Source of the DNA: Trichinella spiralis
Taxonomy: Eukaryota
Direction of reading: 5' to 3'
NCBI RefSeq assembly: GCF_000181795.1
Contig: NW_003526941.1
Span: 8,782,858-8,846,857 of the forward strand
DNA length: 64,000 nt
Position 1 is the first letter of the stretch, and each line of letters starts with the position of its first letter. The notes under the pieces were generated by a model that saw nothing but the letters and a program-made list of their open reading frames with translations, did not search any database and was not told the origin of the DNA. The translations under genes and the position numbers were made by a program. This document shows, in pieces, positions 52,844 to 64,000 of this stretch.

Positions 52844-55441
52844 ATGATGATGATGATGATGAAAGCAGCGGTTGGAATTTGGTCGATTTTGTTGCCGGTA
52901 CTTTTTCGGCTTCTTGTCGGCCACTGTCCACCTCCAATTTTGGTCAAACCATGCGTCTGCACTTCTGACCAAAGTTGGAACAAACCTGTGGACAATTTTG
53001 GACAACCTCTTCCATCGGTAGTCAACGTCACATGCCAGCATGGGAAATCTTGGTCTAGACTGCGCGACGCTCTCAGGCCGTTTCGAGGCGGTCGCTACAT
53101 TCTGCACACGCTCCATTTGGAAAAAGTCCACGACGCGACCACGAATGGTCGAGCCGGTGGTGCCCGGGGACTTTTCCGCAATTTGCATATTGGCGAACTT
53201 CTGCTCCACGATTGTCGTTTGGACCGCTGGCGGCGGGACGTGTTCATCAACACTACCGTCTACGCGATCAGTATCGTCAGTTCGAAGGTTTGTTTTCTGT
53301 TCATTTTTGAACTTTTTTTTAATATTCAATATCTATACAAGTATTATTATTATTTTATTTCAAAATGCTGTTGCTCTTTTTGACATTTTCAATGTTGCAA
53401 TGTTGGGCAAAATGATTTTCATCAAGTTCAAATTCAAACCTCTACCAAGCAGACAGAATGCTATATTTATCGTCGTCGTATTGTGTAGTTTAATTGAAAA
53501 TTGAACATGCAACAATTGGCAGCTGTTTTTTTTTCTTTCATTCCGTTTAACATTTTCAGTTTAATTGAATTTTTTGAATTTATTCACTTTTTTTCAGGCA
53601 ATAACAACACCTCTGCATGATGGGGATTGTATTGGTTTTTCTTGTTGGTTTTAATAAATTAATTTTTCATTTTTTTAGTTGAAGAAAATTTCGAATCGAA
53701 TATTCAGCCGACTTGTAAATTTACAAGAAGCATCGTTCGCTTACAATCAGCTTTCCAGTTTGGGTAGTAGAGGTCTTCGTTTGGGCTCTGGAGAATTGAT
53801 GCTGCTCGACTTGCAGCACAATCAGCTGAGCGGCGTTCCCAGACGTGCGCTGTTGGGCGTGGGAAAGTTGGAAATTCTCGTGCTCAGTTACAACAAAATT
53901 CACGCGCTTTTCAAAGAAGATTTCGAAAATTTGCCCAACCTGCTCGCTGTGGAGTTGAGCCACAATCCGATAATTCGCGTGGCGCCGGACACGTTCGTCC
54001 CGTTGCGGGCGCTCAAGCACGTCGGCTTGGCCGGTATTGGTTGTTCGGATTTGTCCGCGGCGTTGCGGTACGTCTTGGAACGGCTCGTCTCGTTGGACAT
54101 CAGCAGCACGTCGTCCATCGAATTGCCCTTCCTGGTCAGCGTTGGCAACGCATCTTTGGAAGCGTTGGTGGCCCAGGTGAAAAGCGACCTGTCCGCCTCG
54201 GATTTGGCCAGCTTGACCAAGCTGGTCGACTTGGACATCCGAGGCAGCCGGCATTTCAAACTTCGTCACTTGTCGGGCACGCCTTCGCTGAGCACCGTCC
54301 AACGACTGGATGTTTCAGAGACGGCACTGACCCCGCTGACCACGCTGGCCATGTTCCCCAATGCCAAGACGGTGTTCATGAATCACAATCCGACGACAGT
54401 TTTGTCGAATCGATTTGTAAAAACCAACAGCCAGATCCGGGTTCTGCACATGCGACACTGTCAAATCAGGCAAATATCCGCTCACGCTTTCCGTCCTCTC
54501 AGGGACACGTTGGACGAGTTGAATTTGAGCCACAACAAGCTGCGCTGGCTGAACTGGCGGGCTCTGTTGCCGTTGACCGCCCTGCGACTGGTCGACTTGT
54601 CGTACAATGAATTTCGCGACCGGTCCTACTACATCCGTGGTCGACGGTCTCACCGTCTGGCTTTTCCCCTCGACCGGCGCATTCTGCCCGCCAGTGTCGA
54701 AGAGCTGTCGTTGGCCGGCAACGGTTTGCACAGGGTGCCGGTCCGTTGCACGGGCCGTCTGCCCGAACTGAGGCGTCTGAACTTGGCCGGAAATGAAATC
54801 GCCAGCGTCCAGTTGCAATTCTATTCCAATGCGAAATTGACCGAACTCAATTTGAACAACAACCGCATTTCTCGGCTTCATCCGAAAGCGTTCGCCGCTC
54901 TCAACAATCTCCGGCACTTGAATCTCGGCTGGAATCCGCTTCTCACCATAGGGGCGGTGGAATTTCCCGCCCAGTTGCGCTATTTGGGCTTGACCCACGC
55001 CCGGCTCAAGCGAATCGACAACGTCTACTTGGCGTCGTTGAAACACCTCCACCACTTGGACCTGAGCTTCAACGGTCTGAAAACGATCCACGCCAGCGCG
55101 GTCGGTACGTCCTCTTTGCCCGGGTCGATTGTCTACTTGGATCTCGAAGGTGAGGTGCCGGTTGTTTGCAGTGTTGAAATTTGCATAATTTGCTATTCTC
55201 CAATCCAGGTAATCCGTTGGATTGTTCTTGCAAACTGTTGGACTTTGTCGACTGGCTCACTGTGAACGCGGTGACGTTGAGCACGTCGGGTACGATCTGC
55301 TACACGCCCAAATCGTTGCGCTATTTGCATCCGTTGAGAGATCTGTGCTGGTCGTCTTGTCAAACTGACAACGGCACCTCTTCGACGGGTGGAGATAATT
55401 TCCGCAATCGAGATTCGCTGCACTTTTGCAAACCGATATAA
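52844..55441 (+). CDS. Secreted leucine-rich repeat protein (signal peptide, Cys N-cap, more than a dozen LRRs, LRRCT); exons 52844-53287, 53679-55169, 55209-55441
   Basis: MKAAVGIWSILLPVLFRLLVG|HCPPP..PCVC N-cap, repeated LxxLxLxxN units (e.g. LEILVLSYNKI, LRRLNLAGNEI, LHHLDLSFNGL) and a GNPLDCSCKL..W..C..P C-cap. No C-terminal hydrophobic segment. Confidence 0.88.
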
Positions 55442-58400
55442 CTAACTGATTCTTGTGAAAAATTCGTCGTTCAGAAATAGTGGACTGGATCGATTGTTTA
55501 AAGTATTCCATTTTTATTAAAACTTGCTTTTTTTTAAAAAAAAATTAATTATACTCTTTGATCAGTTGTCCACTTGTTTTATACAATATCAATATGAACA
55601 AGTTTCAAATTATTCCGTTTTTGCGAGAATTTTTGAAACTATTCGAACAATTGAAGCTATTTATAATTTTTCTTTAAAAAAAACTTTGCCACACACATGC
55701 ATACACACGTTATTCATTTATTGATTCTGTTTTTTTTTTTGAAATCTCACAGAATTTTAAAGTTTAGCTGTAATAAACAAATGAAGAAGCAAGCGTTTGA
55801 CGAATATAATGCTTGATTTGTGGCAAAATTCTGTGGACAGACACAATATTGCATGCGAAATTATTGTTTCCATTTTATTCGATCAGGTTAGTTGGTTTTG
55901 ATTTATTTATTTGTTGATATTCAATTTTTTTCTATGCATAATTTATTGTAGTTGAAAATGTGAATTTTAATTAAGTCAAGTAACTGTTAATGTGTTGTAG
56001 TTTAAATGCAAAGAAGTTTTACTTTTTTACTTCAATGTGTGCAATTTGTATTCTCATGGAAATACAGTAGTATTGAATGATGTTCAAGATATTAAGACAA
56101 TTTTCTTCTCTTTCGCTGTCCTAGAACTGGTGTAATGTATTCATTTATTTGAAATCAATTTTATGCGCGTAATATATTTACATGTGTTCACGTGTGGTTG
56201 AAATTGTAAAAAAAATTGGATGATTTATTTTAACAAATATCAATTTTGCATAATTTTGAGCAGATTGCTTTTGGCAAATTATTTTTTAAAGTTGAAGAAT
56301 GAATTTTTCAAGGTTGATTTGAATAGGGTAATTTTATCAGTCTGATGTTATTTAAAAGAAAAAAAGCACTGAATTCAATTAATGAAACGTTTTCACAAAT
56401 AATCAATCGAATTTTGTTGTGGGGAGAAAATTGGAAATTTTATTGTATTTTTCTTTTTCAACGATCATATTTCATGGACATTTTGGATGTTCAATGAAGA
56501 TTTTCTTATTTATTTCATATTCACCAATAATAAAAGAGATGAATGTGAATGATCAGAAAAATAGCATTTTGTAAATAAATGGACAGTGAATCAATTGATC
56601 GTTGTCGAATTGAAGTGGTCAAATTTTGCAAAATATTATGGTATACAAATACAATTGAGTTCTGGAATGCCAAGAACATCTTTGCTCGATTTCTCACGCG
56701 TTTCGGCCAACGTCGCCTCTGGCCGGCCCGATCAATGTGCCTAATTCAATTGGCTTCTAATTCGACCAATTTGTGCTTTTGCGTTCAAGCTTAATGGAGA
56801 CGTCGTTTTCTGCTCTTTTGGCACTTCAGCTTTCTCGACATTCACCCAACGATGGAACTCGATTTGTCTAATATTGCAAAATGATTCACCAGAAACCGAA
56901 TGTGAGTCGCATTGTTACATTAAGCAACTTTGTCAATTTCCATCATTGGCAACTGAATTTTTTCTGTATTGGTTCATTTTTCAAATGATTTTTTAAACTG
57001 ATCGTTTACTTTGGTGTAGGTTTTCTTTTTGATAAGCTGTAATTTTGCTGCAATTACAGGTAATATTTTCTTGTCAAACAAACAACCCATTACTAGATAT
57101 ATATATATTTATATGTATGTACATTTTTGATAGCTAATTGTTGTTATTGTTGTTGTTTCTTCTTTTTTATTATTATTAATAAGAAAAAAAGTGGGTATTT
57201 TTTTTCTCCCTTTCAACGTGACACGTTGAAATTGAATTATAATCGAACGGCTATTTTTAAAATTTCAAATTGAATGAATGCTTTGAACGTCAGCTTTGAA
57301 TTCTCAGTCGGTCAATGATTTTCGAGGGATCAAGAGTGGTGGATTTTTGACACACGCCTTGATCAGATCCTCGCACATCTCGGCCAGCAGCGAACAACTC
57401 CAATTCTCCGCAGAGTTGCGGTGGTAGTGGTCGGTTGGTCGGTTGGTCGGCGGTCCCGGGGCGGCGCCATTTCGTTTCAACATTCCCAACCTGGACATTT
57501 TTTCATTGAAAATTATTCATTGTCGAGAACTTTCAACGACAACTCGACATAATCGTTCGGCGAATCATGTAATTTTTCGAAAATTCACAACAAATTCTTC
57601 ATTATTCAATAAACAACGGATGACTTGATATGCGTGTATGTTTTATAATTTTTCCAATTCACACACGCACACACATACACCTTGGGCAATTTTCATCTGG
57701 TGAGTAGAGGATGTTGGATGTGAATACAAAAGGGCGTTCCCATTCACTTTGTCAACTTTACCTTTTATTTTTCACTTGCTTTCTCACTCTCTGATCCACT
57801 AATAGCATTTCAATTTATCATCATAATTTTGTTGACAATTAATTCAATGGAACAATTAACATATTCTTCAATGAAATTTTCAATGTTCAGAGAGCAATGT
57901 TGGAAAATTTTTTTTTGTTGTTCGAGTTCAAATGAATTTCGCTTATCTGTTTTCACAATTTTCAACTCGTCAACTGGTCGGACATGGACGGGCAAATGGA
58001 GCATTCTTGTCCGGGATGAAATTTCAGAAACAGGAGGAGTGTGTCTGCCTGCCTGCCTGTCGACGTATGCGAAGCTCGAAGACGCACACATACGTACGTG
58101 TTCGAGTTGAATTTACTTCTCCGGCCGACCAGGTGAAGAAGCCATCTTGCGAGCTTTCGTAAAGCATCCATTGTTGTTGCTGTTGTCAGTTGGCTTGGCA
58201 CCGTTGGCAGGCATTTCATTTGCATTTTCTTTTTTCTCTTCATCCAAATACTTCTATATATTTTATATGAATCGTCGATGGTTTCAAATGTACAACTTCT
58301 TTTTGTACATGTTGTGCGTCGTTAGTTAATTGTTAATTATTGTGCATATTTATTTGCATAACTGAAAAAAGCAAAAGGCAAAGTTTGTGTGCAGTTGGTG

Positions 58401-61138
58401 ATGTATCTGTCCTCAGTGGTGCTTGCCGTTGTCGTCTGTTGTTGTTGTTGTTGTTGTTGTTGTGTGCTCTTGTCAATGATTCGTGTTGAGCTGACGTTCC
58501 GCAGCTGGGTCGTTCGTGTCATGCTTGTCAATGTGTTGTGTCAAAAACTGGACGTTCAACTGTCACTAGCTGCCATTTTAGACGAGCAATGATGCGTCTG
58601 TCAACGGAAGATCGATTTCGACGTTGCGGGATGGCATGCAAATCAGCTTGACTGGGGTTCGATCCTCTTGCCTTCAAGTCGCTTTTTTCACCAATTGATG
58701 ATCTAAGTATCCTTTCTTCGGTCGGCTTTGAAGCTCAGAATATGAATTTTTTGTTACAGTACTTCCATCTAATGGATACTTGTTCAAGAACGAGAGCAAT
58801 TGAACGAAATTATGTTCATTTCAGAATAATGCATATACATGATCTGTGTGTGTATTGTTTAATAATTTGTATGCTGCAATTAATTTTCGTAATTTACTTC
58901 ATAATCGTAAAGCATATTGATGTTGTTGTCGGTTGTTGAATTCGCGCGATGGTCACAGTTTGTCGAAAAATGATCAATTGCTTCTTCCAAATATACATGC
59001 GTACCCACATTGTATTATTTGATAATTATCTTTTTATTTCAGACTTTCCTTAACGAAATTGAATACATTGAAAATTTTACAAAACAACCTACTCGCAATT
59101 TGCTTATCGGTTCACAGCATTCAAATTGGTAAGTTGGTCATTTTTCTGTATTTTTCTTCTGTACCTTTTATCAACAGTAAGATTAGATGAAGGTTTTCAC
59201 TTTTCGGCTAGTTGTTTTTTTGGTAAAATTGACGTGAAATATTTTTTCATAATTTGGCCAAAAATACAAACTCCGTTGACAAATTGGTTAGCAGTTATTG
59301 TGTTGAACTAGCTCTTTTGACGTGACAGCGATAATTTTGTTCAACACGATCATCTAATAAATATCCGGTTTAACAATACAACATTTATCACACATTTGAC
59401 GTTCAACATGCGCTATCAGTATTTAAAAAAAGCAATTTTTTTTTGTTAAATTACTGTTACCAAATTTGCAGCAAACTGTATTAAAGTGTAAGATCAATAT
59501 TGCAATATTTCACAAACAACAGCACTTTTTGTTACGTTACGTTTGATTTGCTTTTTTTGAAGCAGCTTTGTATGTTGGCTAAAATTTTGTTTGTTTGTTT
59601 GTTTTTATCAGCATTCAATTTAGTCTACTAGTGTTTGTTTAATTAATGGTCTTGTTGAGGTTGTGATGTTTGTTGTTTATCAAATTTGTCAACACTACAT
59701 ACATGATTGTGGTTTGGTCGGGGAAAAAGTACGAGCACTGCGCTAATTGATCGCGCGCAAGCATCATCTCGTCCCACGAATCTGTTGTTATTTTTATAAA
59801 TATATAAATTTTTTTTCAATAATTAATGTTATCATTATTAATTTTTAATAACAAATTTTGTCGATGGGAATTTTTTTTTCAACATCAATTTATCCATTTG
59901 TCATGAGGACAGACGACAACGTGATAATGTTAATTTATATAAATAAATGATTGGAAGTGCTTTTTCAAATAGCATAAAACATTCTCGGTTGATATTATTG
60001 ATGAATTGTTGTTGTGTCTATTCTTCTTTTTTGTTATTAGTGTCAATTATATTTGAATGTGAAATTTTCATCAGATGTGAGAAAAATGGAAAAAAGTATA
60101 TATATATATATATATATCCTTTTTTTTTCCTCTCTGCTAGAAATGCTGAAATGCATATTATGCATCGAGGAAGAATTTGTGGTCAAATTGGCCAGCACTG
60201 TTGTATAAAAATATGTTTCTGGTCTTAATTATGATTTCCAAGCAGAGGAGAAGCTCGTCTTCATTTCGATCGTTATTCCATTGATTCAGCGTCTCGGTGA
60301 AAATTGATTAATTTTTTTCCACACGCATACACGAATATTAGGGCGATATTATTATGTATGCTTCACGACGTGTCAGGTATCCATTATTATTATTATTATT
60401 ATTGTTATTGTTCGATAGCAATTTATTTTGCCTGCCTATTTCGTCGGTGTAGTGGTGTAGTGTTCGGTTGGAAAGCAAAAAATTGTCCTTTTTTATTCGA
60501 AAATTACCGTAAGTTTGAATTTGTGCAAAAACACTTTTTCCAATCTACAATTTATTATCATCATTCATCTTTGCCATCAAAAAAAATTTCCATTTTTTTC
60601 AAACTCTGTACAATTGTCGTGTGTATAAAGTGGGGGGGGGGGAAATAGTTCCATAGAAAAGAAAAAGAACTTTTCTAAATGAATTGTTTGAATTGCAACA
60701 GCAAACGAGCGTGGAACATTTTTTACCCAAACTATTTTTCATCTGCTCATTTATAAGATTTCGTTTTTATCTTCTTTTGCATATTTCAACTGATCAACAA
60801 CGAAGAATTGTTAATAGATATGAATGAATTGGTTCGAGTTTTTTTTTTGATTTTGCTCATGAGCAAATTTAAAAATGCTGAGATTGAAGTGGACATTCAT
60901 CTCAGTATAACTACAATGTATTGCAATGGAAAATGCAAATATTTCATTTGACCTGCACAAATTTGCATAATTGGAACGAAAACCGGAAGGGAGGGGACAG
61001 GATGAATTAATAATAATGTGAATGCATTTTATAATTTGTTGCGGAAAAATCGTGCGCGTTGAGCATACGAGGTTGTTTTTCGACGAGCTCAGCTCGTGTG
61101 GGCGTGGAGGAAGGATGATGATACTTATTGAATGGCAA

Positions 61139-61170
61139 CACTGCACTGCACTGCACTGCACTGCACTGCA
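61139..61170. repeat. (CACTG)n pentanucleotide repeat
   Basis: About six tandem copies are visible. Confidence 0.9.
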
Positions 61171-64000
61171 ATGACATGCATTGGCATTGCACACAGCGAA
61201 CAAATTTGAAAAGATTCATCTCTGAAAAGAATGGCAAATTCTCCTCCGTCTGGACATTTTTTATGGAATATCTGCTTTGAAATGGAATTCGCTCGTCCAA
61301 CCACCTGGTTTAACCTTTCCACGTTTCTTCTTCGGCGTTGCCAAAAATTTTTCACATCCTTTCACATTTTATATAAGACTGCTTGCATGAAATTTCAGAA
61401 CAGTCATTTGAAATGCTCAGCAAATTTTATTTTTATCACTTTGCGCATTGCTTTCCTCATCGAATAGATAAATTTAAATTTGAACAACAACAAATAAACA
61501 AAAGCAACACGTTGATGATGATATTTTGGAAAGATTTATTCATTTTATTTTATTTTATTTTTTATGCTCTAAAACAATGCTGCAGTTGGTATGGAACAAG
61601 TGTGATCTTACGCCCTTGGGCCATTCGACGATGTCTGCGTGTTTGTTTCGTCAGAGTGTTTTTTCCCACAGCGGTGTGAAGTTGTAAATTAATTGCCCAT
61701 CCTACATTATTATTATTATCATTTATTATTATCACTATCATTCAGCTAATAGATTGATGATTTGTCATTGTTCATTGAACACGGTGCAATTTCAACCGGG
61801 GTCTCGTGGTGGTGGTGGTGGCGGTGGTTATGGCACCTACAACCAACGGATGGGCTAATCACTTTAACTTTCCATTTATAGTCGTGATGATTTGGAAAAG
61901 TTTGACATCAGCTTGACATCTGGACGTTGTGCAGCTGTGAGTAGGCTTCAAAAGTTATTATCATTATCATTATTAGCGAATTTGAGGAATTGAAAAATTT
62001 TTTTTTGACGGTCGAATTTTTGAATTTGGAATTTTCCAAAAATTTTTCAACCGACTGACGACTGAGGGACAAACATATGTTGGAGGTGACGCCTGCTGTT
62101 GTTGGCTAAACTCTGCTTGTTCATTTCTTATTCATTTCTAATTGTCCTTCTCTTTTGTTTTTTCAAAATTCTCCTTGTCTCCTCGTTGAACTCTTCAACT
62201 TGTAAAGTACAATCTTCATCTGTTTTTACTGATGTTTGCACTTTTCAAAATTTCACATTTATCCACAAAGGTACAAAAACAACACCAGCAGCATGTTTAT
62301 ATTGTTTGTTATACTTTTGTCACTTATTTTGTTTTGAGCAAATCTCATTTGCTTCGCTTCATCAATGATCAGACATGCCAGAGGATCATTTTATCAAACT
62401 GGAGAAGAGTTGGCTAGAGTTTAATGTTCAACATATATCAATGATAAGAGATATTCTTGTTTGTTTTGATTTTGGTTTTGGTAATTATTTATTATTCTTT
62501 TGCATTTTATTTCATTTCAAATGCAAATTATGCAGAATATGCTATTTGTATTTGTTGTTTGCACAGCTAGTGAGAATAACGGCTGCTATTGAGTGCAGAA
62601 AAAGAAAATCAATTTCTTCACCTTCTCACCTCTCATGTTCTCTGTGATTTGTCTGCGTGTTTGCGTGTATGTTGTAAGAACAAATTGGACAATTTTATGA
62701 CCAATTTTTAATCTTTTTACTTCTTCTGTCATTTTTTAAAAAAATAATAAATTCTGATGTAGTCATCATCGAGCTGATGCACTGTGGAGACACACCCTGT
62801 TTACTTTGGCGTGAAATTATCAAATGTGAAAGTTTAGTTATTCGACAATTATAAAATGCCAATATTTGAGCTATAAAGTTCAGCATTCAGTTTTGTTTAC
62901 TACCAACATTCGGCTAACATTTTTTATGATTCAAATTTTTTGCCACACTTCAATGAATGCATTATTGTTATTTAATTATGAACGAATTCTCTGTATATAT
63001 ATATACATTTGCATCAGTCAGCAAACAAATTTGCTACCTATAACTGCAATTTCTAAAGCTTTTTGTTGAATAAAAAGTAGCGTGTTTTTTTTCTTTCTTC
63101 AATTTCTTCAGAAATTTATTTTTAAAAATTTACTGTATTTTCATTGTTGCATTTTCATAACATTCAATTGTATTTCTTCACGTTGACGCACGCAGCTGAA
63201 CCATCTTGTGCAATTGAATAGTCGGTTAGTTAGTTGTTGGTCCAATTTGAATGATCACAATGCAGTAGCTTTTCGTTTCAATATCCACCTTTTCTTAACT
63301 TTTCGATTTTGCTATGCAACAAGGTAAATTTGTATAATTTTCCGAAAATTGCCCAATTCAATTGAAATGATTTCTAGCAAAACTGATAAAGAATGTTAAG
63401 TTGTGCGCTAAATTATTTGACGGGATGTTCGCAAGCGGGGGGGAGCATTTGGTGAAAATTGATTTTCTTTTTTCCACAATAAGCAAACCAACTAACTAAC
63501 TACTTACTGCTCAGAGTGATGAGGTTGATATATGGTGGAGTTTTTCTTTGACCCTCACTTTTCCCTGTGCTCGTGTTCAACAAAACCGACGATATCCACC
63601 GTTTGATATATATGTATTTTTTTTCCTTCTCTCTCTCTCTCTTTATTCAATTGAAATTTAGACATTTTTCATTCATTTATGCAAATGTTTGAAAATTTTG
63701 TTTCCATTTGACGAATATGTTCGTGAAATTTCAATTAATAGCTAACTGTTGTATTGAATTTGAATTGTAATTATGCACTGAGTAGTAATATTTCCATTTT
63801 TTTTCAACAATGTGAAAGGATTGTTTTTCTTCGTTTTATCAATTCATTTTCATAATCTGCATGCAAAGTTGCAGTAATTTAATACAGATCGAAAGAAAAA
63901 AGAATTTTATCGATCAACGGGGAATAATTGGCCAGAGTTGAGAGAGGGAGAGAGTTGTACTTTCTGTGCTTTCAATGTGTAGATCAATTTTGACATTTGA

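Noticed and set aside
53721..55091. Long antisense ORFs over the LRR exon, and likewise over SF1 (43423-44001, 46453-46966)
   Set aside because: Shadow ORFs arising from GC-rich or repetitive coding sequence on the opposite strand.
57304..58243. Short minus-strand ORFs in GC-richer islands
   Set aside because: No consistent splice model with good acceptors and no domain similarity.
58652..58676. GGGGTTCGATCCTC resembling a tRNA T-arm or Pol III B box
   Set aside because: The T stem is weak and no acceptor stem, D arm or A box can be built.
59658..59667. Minus-strand TCACAACCTC resembling the miR-67/miR-307 5' end
   Set aside because: Only 10 nt match and there is no hairpin.
60785..60804. 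Minus-strand TTCGTTGTTGAT resembling the miR-76/miR-981 5' end
   Set aside because: No complementary arm to form a precursor hairpin.

Overview
AT-rich eukaryotic genomic DNA with many short (~50-70 nt) GT-AG introns and TTTCAG/TTTTAG acceptors. Gene content and intron style suggest a nematode, plausibly a clade I species such as Trichinella (inference). Hand-spliced genes: COX6B (+), TSEN54 (-), a transmembrane-less two-C2 synaptotagmin of SNT-3 type (-), protein kinase D (+), a small two-exon secreted Tyr/Gly/Trp-rich peptide precursor absent from the ORF track (+), a miR-29-family microRNA hairpin (+), a small Cys-leader/CS-domain protein (+), splicing factor 1 (-), the RNA Pol I/III subunit POLR1C (-), an SLC37A3-like transporter (+) and a secreted LRR protein (+). 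The most notable items are the orphan aromatic-rich secreted peptide, the miR-29 precursor, an in-frame 44-codon candidate cassette exon in the synaptotagmin C2A-C2B linker, a candidate poison exon in SF1, and a compact head-to-head cluster that may form two operons. I found no tRNA, rRNA, CRISPR array or recognisable transposon. All gene models are manual and unverified by transcript data.
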